Virus record (IMG/VR): IMGVR_UViG_3300014000_000001
Location: 128,001 to 192,000 of that record
Length of the DNA stretch: 64,000 nt
From: a virus
Lineage: Duplodnaviria > Caudoviricetes
Reading direction: 5' to 3' (one strand)
The translations under genes were made by a program, and so were the position numbers. Below, piece after piece: positions 1 to 9,689 of this stretch (position 1 is the first letter of the stretch; every line of letters begins with the position of its first letter). The notes below the pieces were generated by a model. That model did no database searches. It worked only from the letters and a program-made list of their open reading frames with translations, and was not told the origin of the DNA.

Positions 1-1
1 A

Positions 2-619
2 TACATCGATGTTCGTGCTTTACTCTTTGCTTTAGAGTTTCCAACGAAACTCAAATGGCAAGTGTTTAAGAACGGCCCTTACTCCCAAGCCGAGTTCGAA
101 AAATCAATTCTTAAGGACAAGCGAAAAAGATCGATGTATGCACAGATGTTAATTAGTTTTATTTCTGACTACTATGAACAAATAGCGGAAGGAAATGACA
201 AATTAGCAATATATGCATCGACGGTCGATATGTGTACATTTCTCACTGATCAATTCCAAGATCACTTTTCACATCGTATTGTGAATCGTTATGTTGGGGA
301 AGATGAATATGATAATTTAATGAGTAGTGATATTGTTGTCACCACCCCCGGTTCTGCTGGTACTGGTGTCGATATTAAAGGTTTGCGTCGAGTTATCATG
401 ACGCTTGCACAAAAATCATCACAGCGTAATTTCCAAATCAAAGGTCGATTACGTGAACTCTTTGAATTGTCATCAACAGGAGAGGTTAAAGATACGGTCT
501 TCTACTACTTGGTATGTACTGATATTCAACAACATCTTGACTATCACCATTTCAAGAAGAAGAAGTTCAGAGGACGTGTCAAATCTCACGAAGAAATCCA
601 AACTGACTTTATGTTATAG
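2..619 (+). CDS. SF2 (DEAD/UvsW-like) helicase, C-terminal part; 5'-truncated by window edge (phiKZ gp75-like)
   Basis: Frame open from nt 2. Helicase motif V-like TTPGSAGTGVDIKGL and motif VI-like QIKGRLR. Confidence 0.8.
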   Translation, partial: YIDVRALLFALEFPTKLKWQVFKNGPYSQAEFEKSILKDKRKRSMYAQMLISFISDYYEQIAEGNDKLAIYASTVDMCTFLTDQFQDHFSHRIVNRYVGEDEYDNLMSSDIVVTTPGSAGTGVDIKGLRRVIMTLAQKSSQRNFQIKGRLRELFELSSTGEVKDTVFYYLVCTDIQQHLDYHHFKKKKFRGRVKSHEEIQTDFML

Positions 620-886
620 GTGGGTATTATGAGAAAAGATGCATTAAGGCAAAACGTCGAATCCGATGAATTCAACCGTCAATTCACTTCCGATGGAAAG
701 ATTGACTTTAAGGCTCGTGTGGGTCTGACTAAAGATCAAGATCCATTTAAGCAGTTCAACTATCCAGCTGATTCTGCAGAACAGGTCGCATTCGATGAAC
801 ATCGTTCTTTCCAAGAAACCTCATTTGATCATCAAGCTCGTAACTTTGGCGATGATGACGATGCGGGATTTAGTGAACGTTGGTAA
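620..886 (+). CDS. hypothetical acidic protein
   Basis: 88-aa ORF abutting the helicase stop and followed by a terminator hairpin; alternative ATG at 629. Confidence 0.6.
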   Translation: MGIMRKDALRQNVESDEFNRQFTSDGKIDFKARVGLTKDQDPFKQFNYPADSAEQVAFDEHRSFQETSFDHQARNFGDDDDAGFSERW

Positions 887-892
887 TCCAAA

Positions 893-922
893 CTAACCAC
901 AATCATTCGTGGTTGTGGTTAG
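893..922 (+). terminator. stem-loop terminator
   Basis: CTAACCACAATCA-TTCG-TGGTTGTGGTTAG, followed by TCTTATGC. Confidence 0.7.
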
Positions 923-975
923 GTCTTATGCTGAAATTCTCAAAAACTTGATTAAACAAAACAGAGGTAATAAAC

Positions 976-1467
976 ATGAATGAACTTGAACCTTTTGAAT
1001 TAACACCTATTGAAAAATTTAACTATCTTATCGAAACCGAATTAGATTGCCCTGGATGTGTTACTAGACCTAAGGTGAATCCAAATTATGCGGATGAGTT
1101 CAAAGACTATTTTCTTCATGAATGTCTATATCCGTTCTATAGAAGTTTCATGGAAGCATTTAGTGAAAGTAATTTTGAGCAGTATTCTAAAGAAGAACGT
1201 AAGAATATTCTTCTGCAAGTCCGTGACTTTTCATCGTGGGTAAAACGGGAAGAGGATGAAAGTAAACACACGATTACCATGTTAAGACACAATGAAGATG
1301 GAGTTTTAGAGCCTGTACAAGCTATGTTTGAATATTGGAAAGAAGGGGGTGGGTTTATGTTATCTGAGTTTTATATCGGTGGACGAGGTACAATTGGTTC
1401 TTTAGCAATGGTATCTTTTTGCCAAACCAAAGGGATAGCTTTAGTCGATCTAATGTATGGGAATTAA
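976..1467 (+). CDS. hypothetical protein
   Basis: 163-aa ORF, SD ACAGAGGT, CPGC motif. Confidence 0.75.
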   Translation: MNELEPFELTPIEKFNYLIETELDCPGCVTRPKVNPNYADEFKDYFLHECLYPFYRSFMEAFSESNFEQYSKEERKNILLQVRDFSSWVKREEDESKHTITMLRHNEDGVLEPVQAMFEYWKEGGGFMLSEFYIGGRGTIGSLAMVSFCQTKGIALVDLMYGN

Positions 1468-1519
1468 GGTAAGTTCTTTTTCCTTTAATTCTATGACAAC
1501 ACATTAGAGATTAATCCTC

Positions 1520-1999
1520 ATGAACAAAGCAATCACTCGAGGATCACCAATTAACTTCGCTAAGAAGCTCAAGCAATTTATTGTTGATCCCAATCCTGAT
1601 CTTGATTATCTTGAATTCGATCACATGGAATACACTCGCGTTCCACATGGACAATTCAAAAAAGTAACGGATTCAACAAAGTTAAATTTTGAATGTCGTA
1701 TTTCAATGATCTATCAAACCCAAGATGGTCAACAACAGAAAATGAATCTGTATTACATCACAACAGATCATCAGTCGCTCAGTTTAACAATGTTGGATCT
1801 AGACGCTTTGGCACGCTGTTATAGCAATGGTGTAGAAGCTAAACTAGTCTATGCTAGATCAATTGTTAAACCTCTTCTCACACGTCGTTTGAATGATTTA
1901 ATCGAACGTAAAGAAGTAGATACAAGTAAACATAATGTTCGGGTAGAGTTTATCGATGGTGAAAACCAACATGTCTTAAGTAAAATGAGTTTTGATTGA
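1520..1999 (+). CDS. hypothetical protein
   Basis: 159-aa ORF ending at a bidirectional terminator. Confidence 0.7.
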   Translation: MNKAITRGSPINFAKKLKQFIVDPNPDLDYLEFDHMEYTRVPHGQFKKVTDSTKLNFECRISMIYQTQDGQQQKMNLYYITTDHQSLSLTMLDLDALARCYSNGVEAKLVYARSIVKPLLTRRLNDLIERKEVDTSKHNVRVEFIDGENQHVLSKMSFD

Positions 2000-2011
2000 A
2001 ACTGCATAAAT

Positions 2012-2041
2012 AGATCATCCATCCCAAGGGATGGATGATCT
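2012..2041. terminator. bidirectional terminator between convergent genes
   Basis: AGATCATCCATCCC-AA-GGGATGGATGATCT, flanked by GCATAA and TTATGC. Confidence 0.8.
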
Positions 2042-2052
2042 TATGCTATCTA

Positions 2053-2394
2053 TCAATATTGTCTAAATGGGTCAACGTTCTCTTGCCTTAGTTTTTTTTC
2101 GTTCGCTCGAATCTCCTTCTCTAAAGCTTCATCTAATACGTTCTTATCTCCACGACGTAGAAGTTTCACCCAGTCTTTAATTAACCAATCGCACATCCAG
2201 TTAGGAAGCTTGATGAATTCATTAAAGCTCATGTTTGCACTTTCAGCAAGTCCTGAGTTACAAAAGTCAGCGAAGACCTTAGCAATACCTTTATAATCTT
2301 CAAGGTGCTCACTATCGTTATATGCAATGACTTCGTAAGGGTCTTCAGGCTTTTGCTCTAAAAACGTCATGTGAAAGAGTTGGCGTTTGATCAT
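2053..2394 (-). CDS. tail assembly chaperone C-terminal (GT/gp51-like) domain; frame open upstream to 2601 and probably reached by a -1 frameshift from the 570-aa ORF
   Basis: MSFNEFIKLPNWMCDWLI resembles the GT/gp51-type 'S..E...MP.W' motif. No clear SD before ATG 2394. Stop-free frame continues through the slippery site. Confidence 0.65.
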   Translation of the reverse strand: MIKRQLFHMTFLEQKPEDPYEVIAYNDSEHLEDYKGIAKVFADFCNSGLAESANMSFNEFIKLPNWMCDWLIKDWVKLLRRGDKNVLDEALEKEIRANEKKLRQENVDPFRQY

Positions 2395-2555
2395 CGAGAG
2401 TTCAAACCCATTTAACTTACCATCATAACCTTTTTTGATGCGACCAATATTATCAACGATTAAACCCCAAAGGTCTTGAGTGTAAGCAGGGTGCTCAAGG
2501 TTAAAAATATGAGTACCCCACTTTTGTTTAAACTTGGCTTGATAATCGTCATCGA

Positions 2556-2590
2556 ACCCTACGGGTTGCGGGCCGCTAGGATAAAAAAAC
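2556..2590 (-). other. candidate programmed -1 ribosomal frameshift site (T TTT TTT plus GC-rich stem)
   Basis: Minus strand reads CGT TTT TTT ATC CTA GCG GCC CGC AAC CCG TAG GGT. The -1 frame reads FFYPSGPQPVGFDDDYQAKF... and is continuous with ORF 2053-2394. Confidence 0.7.
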
Positions 2591-4271
2591 GACTCACCGC
2601 ATCAATTGGAGTATAAATTGCGGTGCCGTTGTTATTGATCACATTGGATAATTCACCGCAACTTGGGCAAGTGTTGGTGGGTACTGCAAGTACTGCTGCC
2701 AAACGCGATGCAGTTACTCGGCGAATATCATCGTAAATTTTATTACGAATCTCTTCGTTATTACTTAATGTATGGAAAGTTTTACGAATCGCTTCTTCAT
2801 CACGGATTTCTTCCCCATCAATTAAGAACCCATCCACCCAATGCGATACATCAAGCGCTGCAGTGGCCGCCATCTGACGTTGAATCATTTCATTACGGGT
2901 TTCTTCATCCACATTAGTTGTGATTGCATCATCCACTGAATCGATGACAGCTTCAATCCACTTTTCCCCGATTTCAATATGTTTTGCCGCGTTGGGAGCT
3001 TTAAGGATTAAACTAACCCCATTAGCCACTTCAATTATATCTCGTTCATGCATACGTCCTAAACGTTGATACTTTTGAATATCTTCAACGGTTGCTTTAT
3101 CTGCAGACAATGGTTTTGCAATGAATGACTTTTGCCAATCGTTAAACATAGATGAATCAATTTGTGGCAGTAGCATTAAATCAATTAAAGATTCATGACG
3201 ATGACCACATAATCCTTTCTTCGGTTTTCCATCTTCATCTAAGATTGGTTTTTTATCAGCATCCAATCGTGTTTTAAGACCACCACAAGTTTCAACATAA
3301 TTATAACCACGTTGGAATCCAGACGCCATTAACGCCCACGCCATGATTTGAATATCACGATGATCGATATATTGGAAGATATCAGCCCACAAAGATTTAT
3401 CTACGTTACTATCTACCACTTGATTCATGAATTCTTTCATGATGATGCGGTTAGCATAATAAGCAGATGACCCATGAATAATTCCATTAGTACTGCGTAG
3501 GATATCTAAATGGGCGTTATTAACCTTATCCACCATAGCGACTCGTGCAGCTTTAGATAAAGGTTCTATTGCGAACACTAGACCTGAATGCCATAAACGC
3601 ACTAATAAAGAAGAACCAATATCTAAACGACGGAACAATACAGTAATAAGTTGCTCGTGATTTTCTTTATTGGCTAAAGTGTTACCTTGTGCTTTGGTTG
3701 CGAAGTTAATCTTATTGGCACGTAATTTACGTCCATCAACATTTAAATGATCATCCCAACTTGCACCTTCACGAGCACAGAAGGAGAACATATGTCGATC
3801 CATGACGACTTTATTTTGCTCGGCATAATCAATCATCCGTATATCGGTTTCACTACCGCGACCATTTTCTAAACGATCTACGCTGATGTTTGCGGTAATC
3901 TCCATAGTGTTTGGATTACGTGCCCAAACAGCCAATGGATAATACGTGAGCTTTTCATCAGTTGCTTTTTTAATAGCGTCTAAACTTGTACCAATGGAGT
4001 AATCAGAGCTACCATATTTTTTACTCTTTGCTTCTTGTTCGACTGCAACTTCGACCACAGTCTGATCATCACTGTGATAGTCTTCATTTTCTTCTTTAGT
4101 GAGTTCAACCGTTTCAAATTCCGATTCAGTTTCATTCTTTGCAGGTTGTTGAACTTCAGTAGTTTCCTGAGTAGTTTCAGGAATATCTTTAGCTACCTTT
4201 TTAGTTGAAGTGCGTACGCGTGGTTTACGTACAGGTTTGGTTTCATCAACTTTGTTTTCTTGATCGCTCAT
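2559..4271 (-). CDS. putative tail/baseplate-hub assembly chaperone (T4 gp26-like; phiKZ gp77 position)
   Basis: 570 aa with an acidic disordered N-terminus, Cys motifs ETCGG/LCGH and TCPSCG, ending just past a slippery heptamer; synteny. Confidence 0.55.
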   Translation of the reverse strand: MSDQENKVDETKPVRKPRVRTSTKKVAKDIPETTQETTEVQQPAKNETESEFETVELTKEENEDYHSDDQTVVEVAVEQEAKSKKYGSSDYSIGTSLDAIKKATDEKLTYYPLAVWARNPNTMEITANISVDRLENGRGSETDIRMIDYAEQNKVVMDRHMFSFCAREGASWDDHLNVDGRKLRANKINFATKAQGNTLANKENHEQLITVLFRRLDIGSSLLVRLWHSGLVFAIEPLSKAARVAMVDKVNNAHLDILRSTNGIIHGSSAYYANRIIMKEFMNQVVDSNVDKSLWADIFQYIDHRDIQIMAWALMASGFQRGYNYVETCGGLKTRLDADKKPILDEDGKPKKGLCGHRHESLIDLMLLPQIDSSMFNDWQKSFIAKPLSADKATVEDIQKYQRLGRMHERDIIEVANGVSLILKAPNAAKHIEIGEKWIEAVIDSVDDAITTNVDEETRNEMIQRQMAATAALDVSHWVDGFLIDGEEIRDEEAIRKTFHTLSNNEEIRNKIYDDIRRVTASRLAAVLAVPTNTCPSCGELSNVINNNGTAIYTPIDAVSRFFILAARNP

Positions 4272-4273
4272 GA

Positions 4274-4843
4274 TTAAGCTCCTTCAACCATATTTACTTC
4301 TGTGAATTGCTGTGCCTCATTGAGGCAAGTTAATAAACTCTTAATAACTAACATGAGGTCATGAGCAGCTTCTTGGATCAAGGATTGTAATTCGGTATAG
4401 CCTTCAATCAACCCCATGCACTCTGCCCAATGCTCAACCACTAAAACTGTACCTAAAGAGGTCATGTGTTCGATGTTGTCGTTATACAGTTTAGTTGTTG
4501 CGGTTTCAAATGCGGTGAGAGTTTGCACTGCGTCAACTACATTTGTATAAACCTGTGGCCATGCTTGTTTGAATGCTGCCTCAAATTCAGGTTGAGATAC
4601 AAAGTTTTCATTAGTATCCTGAATTAACTTAAAGTGTTCAAGAATTGCTAAGGTGTCAGCGTGCACCTCATCTAAAAATTGCTTAGGGGTTTTCTTGTCT
4701 TTCACAGCTTTTAAGTAGAATTTGGTTTCCTTGGCACTCATAGTGCTGTTGCCTAACATTCCCCGAACACGATTAAGGCGTTTGGTTTCTTCACGTTTGC
4801 GTGCATTATCTTTCACACGACGTTTGCTTTTTGATACAGGCAT
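4274..4843 (-). CDS. conserved hypothetical protein (phiKZ gp78 position)
   Basis: 189 aa, basic N-terminus, coupled to the downstream gene. Confidence 0.7.
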   Translation of the reverse strand: MPVSKSKRRVKDNARKREETKRLNRVRGMLGNSTMSAKETKFYLKAVKDKKTPKQFLDEVHADTLAILEHFKLIQDTNENFVSQPEFEAAFKQAWPQVYTNVVDAVQTLTAFETATTKLYNDNIEHMTSLGTVLVVEHWAECMGLIEGYTELQSLIQEAAHDLMLVIKSLLTCLNEAQQFTEVNMVEGA

Positions 4844-4921
4844 ATTACTTATCCTTATTTGCTTAGATGATCAACTGTTCATATGGAATAGCATAGAAGT
4901 AAAAAGATAAGGTAATTTTTT

Positions 4922-5806
4922 ATGTTTGATGAATTATTTACGGAATATCTCTTTCGGGTATTCCCCGAAGAATATGCAGCTATGATCATGAGTGCACGGG
5001 AAGCGTTAATGGTTTATGAGTATGCGCTTTGTGAAGCTAACCTTTATAAAACCATGCCTGAAGATTCTGATATTGATTTAGCGACATCTAAAATCTTAAT
5101 TCAACAATGTTTGAAAGATGGTTTTAATCAAGTCTTTGCGGTGATTGGAATTCGTTCCCGTTTGGATTTAAGTGATATCCATGCAATGGATCAACTACTT
5201 CGTTCATTGAAGAACTTAGAAGAATCATCAGATCACGAAGCAATTGTTAATATCGTGATTAATGATCAATACTCCCAAGCTGAAATTATTGAAGAACTCT
5301 TTAAATTAGTAGTGTTAGATGATAATTTCATTAATATTTTGTTAGAGTTTGATTTAACTGATACCAATGATTTTATTAATCGTCTTTATGACTTACATAG
5401 TCGCGCATTATTGAATCGTGTTGGTGAGGCTACTGAAGACCGTCCTGATCGTACTTACCTAGATCGCATTCGGTCATTTGTGGATAAATACCCACAAACC
5501 ATTGTGGCGCGAAAGTTTGAGGCTAAGCAAATTCTGTTTGGTCAAAACTATCAACATTATATTGCTGAAAATATGGCAGAGTTACAGCAACTTTATCCAA
5601 ACTACCCTGATCGTACTCCGATTGAGTTTTTAGGATTAGCGTTCTTTGCCAATATTCAACGTCATGATTTATCAGGTCACGTTAAAACAGCGATTGCTAA
5701 GTTTTATAATGATCTTAAATTTACAACCCAAACCAATATGATGGTGGATAAACTTATCGAGGAGATTGAGAGAGATGGCATCAGTCAACCTGATCGAATG
5801 GTTTAA
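4922..5806 (+). CDS. hypothetical/virion-associated protein (phiKZ gp79 position)
   Basis: 294-aa ORF, SD AAGGT, upstream TATG at 4882; overlaps the RNAP subunit gene. Confidence 0.7.
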   Translation: MFDELFTEYLFRVFPEEYAAMIMSAREALMVYEYALCEANLYKTMPEDSDIDLATSKILIQQCLKDGFNQVFAVIGIRSRLDLSDIHAMDQLLRSLKNLEESSDHEAIVNIVINDQYSQAEIIEELFKLVVLDDNFINILLEFDLTDTNDFINRLYDLHSRALLNRVGEATEDRPDRTYLDRIRSFVDKYPQTIVARKFEAKQILFGQNYQHYIAENMAELQQLYPNYPDRTPIEFLGLAFFANIQRHDLSGHVKTAIAKFYNDLKFTTQTNMMVDKLIEEIERDGISQPDRMV

Positions 5807-7094
5807 ACAAGCCATTAAGAAAGATCGCTGGAAAGAACCAGGTTGGGTTACTCAAATTTTCTGTGTGACTGAACTTGAAAACATGAAAGATGTAGTGGTC
5901 GATGTAAATAAACCCATTGCGCCTTTTGAGTTATTTGTGTTTATGGATGATAAAACTTATTGTTATTGGGATGCCGATGAGAATGAGTTTATTCAAATCA
6001 ACAATACTTTAGTTACTGAACCTTTGTTTAAAGTTGAAGATAAAATCAAACTAAACCCGGGAGATATCGCTAATGTTAAAGAGTCTGTCGACAGCACGCT
6101 TGGCTGTGTCATTATCAACCTCTATATGTGCGTCTACGCCTTTGGAGATAAAGTGCCTTACTTTAACGGTCAAACAAAAGGAGGCGATATTGAAAAATAC
6201 ATTGTCTCAAAAAGTCAAGAGCGTACAAAAGATGCTCCTATTGACGCGATCTTCCCGGATGAAATTGTTCAGTACAAAAAAGCGACCATGGCCTTAGCCC
6301 CTTTTGCAATGATCTGTTGTGCTTCTGCAGATAAGGCTTCTTTAACGATTAACCCTAAAGTGTTAGAGTTAAGAGATAGTTTATTTGCTAAACATAAAGA
6401 TGAATTATCTAATCCTGCGGTTGTTGCAGATATTGAAAAACAATGCGTGGATTTGGATATTGAATTACGTAAAGGATCGATTTCAGATGGATTCTTTATG
6501 GGTGATCGTAAGTTACAAGCCGTGGGTCGTAAGAAAGCATTTATCTCTTATGGGCTAGAAGGCGGTTTAGGTGGAGAGCTTTCCCTAGTAAAGAACTCCT
6601 TATCCGAAGGAATCAATTACCAAGACCTTCCTTTATATGCTGATGCTATTACTGCAGCATCTCAATCACGTGGTCTTCTCACCGCACAAGGTGGGGAATT
6701 GGTGAAATATAACTTACGTATGTTTCAGAATGCTTCAATCTCGATGGATGACTGTGGTACAACAGGTTATATTGATTTCTTAGTCACTGCAAGTAATGTA
6801 AAAATGCTACCTACACGGTATATGTTTATGGGTAAAGAAACGGTAATGATTACCAGTGATCAAACTAAGTCATTAATTGGTACCCGAATTAAGTTACGTT
6901 CCCCTGGTTATTGTTTGGCTTCTGGACGTAACTTTTGTAAACACTGTGTCGATGTTAACATCGCAGCGCGACCAAACGGTATTGCAACCACCACATCAAA
7001 AGGTTCAAGCGTTATTATGAACGTGGCAATGAAAAAAATGCACGGTACTGTACTTGAAGCATTTGATTTTATCATTGCTGACCACATTAGTTAA
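5775..7094 (+). CDS. virion RNA polymerase beta' middle subunit (phiKZ gp80-like)
   Basis: Bridge-helix-like SRGLLTAQGGELVK...MDDCGT, Zn site RSPGYC...FCKHC and trigger-loop-like MKKMHG. ATG 5775 follows SD GGAGA. Confidence 0.88.
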   Translation: MASVNLIEWFKQAIKKDRWKEPGWVTQIFCVTELENMKDVVVDVNKPIAPFELFVFMDDKTYCYWDADENEFIQINNTLVTEPLFKVEDKIKLNPGDIANVKESVDSTLGCVIINLYMCVYAFGDKVPYFNGQTKGGDIEKYIVSKSQERTKDAPIDAIFPDEIVQYKKATMALAPFAMICCASADKASLTINPKVLELRDSLFAKHKDELSNPAVVADIEKQCVDLDIELRKGSISDGFFMGDRKLQAVGRKKAFISYGLEGGLGGELSLVKNSLSEGINYQDLPLYADAITAASQSRGLLTAQGGELVKYNLRMFQNASISMDDCGTTGYIDFLVTASNVKMLPTRYMFMGKETVMITSDQTKSLIGTRIKLRSPGYCLASGRNFCKHCVDVNIAARPNGIATTTSKGSSVIMNVAMKKMHGTVLEAFDFIIADHIS

Positions 7095-7105
7095 TGGAGT
7101 AAACC

Positions 7106-7762
7106 ATGAGTAACAAACAAACAGCTCGTCAACGCAATCAAGCTCAAGCTGCTCAAACTTCTAAACCCACTAGCACCCAAGCAACGGATGCTGATGAACT
7201 TTATAGAATTGCTCAAAGCATGAATGAAAATGAAGTTCAAGGTTTAACTGTTGAAGCGGTTGAAGAGATTAGTCCAATTGATGCTTTCACCTTAGCAGCT
7301 TACGGAACTAAACTTGTAGATCAATCAGCTAACGTGAATAAGATCGTTGAACGTATGAATGTTTACATGGGTAAAATGAATTCTCGTACACCGATCTCTT
7401 CAGCAAAAGAAGGGGCTGAGAATCAAGTCTATTTACTCAACACCTTTATGCGTGCGTTAAGTTATGAGGGAAGTGATATGCTTCGTTCAGTGGACTTAAT
7501 CTTGTTCTTGATTCACGCTAACCGCAATGACAGTTTCCGTGATGATATGGTGTATCGTTTTATCCCATTCATTCAACGTCAAGCAACTGATGTTAATACC
7601 TTCACTAAAGTGTTAGAGATCTTCTTAAAGTTATCTAACCCAGCAACCCGTGCAATTCAAGCGGGTGACGGTTCAATTAAAAAAGCTTTAACATTAATTG
7701 ACCCAAGTTATAAACAGGTAACTTTTGCACTGGTTACCTATTTATCACAATATACAACATAA
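7106..7762 (+). CDS. conserved hypothetical protein (phiKZ gp81 position)
   Basis: 218 aa, SD GGAG. Confidence 0.7.
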   Translation: MSNKQTARQRNQAQAAQTSKPTSTQATDADELYRIAQSMNENEVQGLTVEAVEEISPIDAFTLAAYGTKLVDQSANVNKIVERMNVYMGKMNSRTPISSAKEGAENQVYLLNTFMRALSYEGSDMLRSVDLILFLIHANRNDSFRDDMVYRFIPFIQRQATDVNTFTKVLEIFLKLSNPATRAIQAGDGSIKKALTLIDPSYKQVTFALVTYLSQYTT

Positions 7763-7766
7763 CGGC

Positions 7767-7800
7767 TAGATGGGGGAATCCTTTAGGATTCCCCCATCTA
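7767..7800. terminator. bidirectional terminator
   Basis: TAGATGGGGGAATCCT-TT-AGGATTCCCCCATCTA between convergent genes, flanked by ACATAA/TTATGC. Confidence 0.8.
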
Positions 7801-7809
7801 TTATGCAGT

Positions 7810-9624
7810 TTACACCGCATCTAGTATCCGTTGTGATCTTTTAGCTGCTTCACGCGCACGCTGTTTCTTCTCAATCCTCTCTTGTTCCCACGCTTCGATA
7901 CGCTTACCTTTAGAACTCTCTAAACCATGAGCTTTTTCAAAATCTTCCAATTGATCTTCAAATCCTTTTAAACCAAACACTTCTTCAGCAATTACCATAG
8001 AGTTTGCTTTACCTGCAGTGAGATTTACTCCAAACTCACGGTATTCATGATACCCTAAACCTTCGATCTTACAAGTTTCAAAGAGCGCACATTCACGAGA
8101 AATATTAAATACCATACCCAAAATAGGATAGGTAGATACAATATCCAAGTCGGCGTTGTGAATAAAGATTTTAGATCGCTTAACCCCTTGACTAATTCGA
8201 TTACGTTTAAACCCAGCCCTGTCAAGTAACATGAGTCCAAAGTCTTCAATGATCGGAGCCTCAAGAGTAACAATCCAATCTTTAGATGCGGGTATGTGTT
8301 TATCAAGAGGTGATTCCATCTCTTGACCAGTTGAGCCTACTACTGCACCTTTGGTTAAGAAGAACTCATGTAACTGATCACATAAACGTCTAGGGTTAGA
8401 GTTAAAGTCTTTAAAGTGCGAACCCATCGATAAGGTAGGTACTTTTTGAGAAATATCTCCTAACTTACGATCCATCAGTACAGGTTGAATTACATCTACC
8501 AATGCATAGGCAATATACCAAAGCTGATAATGCTTTTGCATCTGATAGTGCCATTTGAGTGTACCTTCGATTTGAACTAGATCTTCGAATGGAGGTTTAA
8601 GCTTACCAGCGCCTACAACCTTAGTGGTGATATATTCTAAACCATAACTCGGTTCAGATTTCTGACGACGCAGACAGCGATATACTGATGCTGGGTCAAT
8701 GAAATAAAATGAGGCTGGGGCAAGTACACTATGCCACTGCTGTGATGGAGCGAGTGGCATGTATTTGCCTGAGTCGGTAAGTTTAGTAGTTTGTCCCTCT
8801 TTGTATTTAAAGTACTTAAATTCTTTAGGAACAGAGGGGTCAGTAAAGATATCCGCTGGATCGTGCCCTTCTTTTTGTAAGGTCTTAATCAACAAAGGCA
8901 TATCGAAGTTGATGTTCCAAAACCCAACGATGTCAGGTTTAAGCTCATGCGCTCGATTAATAACATGAATCACACATTCAGCTGCTGATTCACAAATCTT
9001 TACTTCAACATTTATTCCATGTTCTTTAACTTCAGGAACATTTGCAACTACGAAATCGCGGATGACTTCTTCAGTGTGTCTTGAGTCATGTAACCATTCA
9101 CCATGTACCGCAATAACTCCCACATTACCATGGTAAAATGACATGATAATTAAATCATTGGTCCCATTTACAACATTGGTCTCGGTATCCATACATCCCA
9201 CTTCTAAGTCGAAAGGTTGTACTTCTGGATATTGTTTCTTGTACATGTCATTAACAATGCAAGTAATGTCTTTATCCACACCGTAGATAAAAGGAGAATT
9301 ACACAATTGCCTAAGACTAGTTCTACTATTTGGGATCAAACCTAATTTTTGTTGAATGTTTCTCACCAGTTTACGTTGGGTAGATCGATGATGAGTTACT
9401 CGATCTAAATATTCATATTCAAGCTTACCTTCTTGGTGCTGTCGATAAGCAGGTTTGGTAATCCAGTAATCACGATGGACGTTCTTATGGACTTTCATCT
9501 CAGGAACACGTGTTCCGTCTGGATGGATTGCGTAACGCTTTACAACGACTGCATCGTCCTCATCATTGTTTAATGAGTTACTATAACAGGCGTGTACAAA
9601 TGCGTATTGTATTTTGTCGGCCAT
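7810..9624 (-). CDS. split family-B DNA polymerase, 3'-5' exonuclease + motif A subunit (phiKZ gp82-like)
   Basis: ExoI MDTET, ExoII FWNINFDMP, ExoIII YALVD and PolB motif A DLDIVSTYP present; motifs B and C absent. Confidence 0.85.
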   Translation of the reverse strand: MADKIQYAFVHACYSNSLNNDEDDAVVVKRYAIHPDGTRVPEMKVHKNVHRDYWITKPAYRQHQEGKLEYEYLDRVTHHRSTQRKLVRNIQQKLGLIPNSRTSLRQLCNSPFIYGVDKDITCIVNDMYKKQYPEVQPFDLEVGCMDTETNVVNGTNDLIIMSFYHGNVGVIAVHGEWLHDSRHTEEVIRDFVVANVPEVKEHGINVEVKICESAAECVIHVINRAHELKPDIVGFWNINFDMPLLIKTLQKEGHDPADIFTDPSVPKEFKYFKYKEGQTTKLTDSGKYMPLAPSQQWHSVLAPASFYFIDPASVYRCLRRQKSEPSYGLEYITTKVVGAGKLKPPFEDLVQIEGTLKWHYQMQKHYQLWYIAYALVDVIQPVLMDRKLGDISQKVPTLSMGSHFKDFNSNPRRLCDQLHEFFLTKGAVVGSTGQEMESPLDKHIPASKDWIVTLEAPIIEDFGLMLLDRAGFKRNRISQGVKRSKIFIHNADLDIVSTYPILGMVFNISRECALFETCKIEGLGYHEYREFGVNLTAGKANSMVIAEEVFGLKGFEDQLEDFEKAHGLESSKGKRIEAWEQERIEKKQRAREAAKRSQRILDAV

Positions 9625-9689
9625 TTTTCTATCCCCTTCTCAATACGATTCCTATGTGATGTAATTTATAAAAAAGAGCGAGCAGACTT

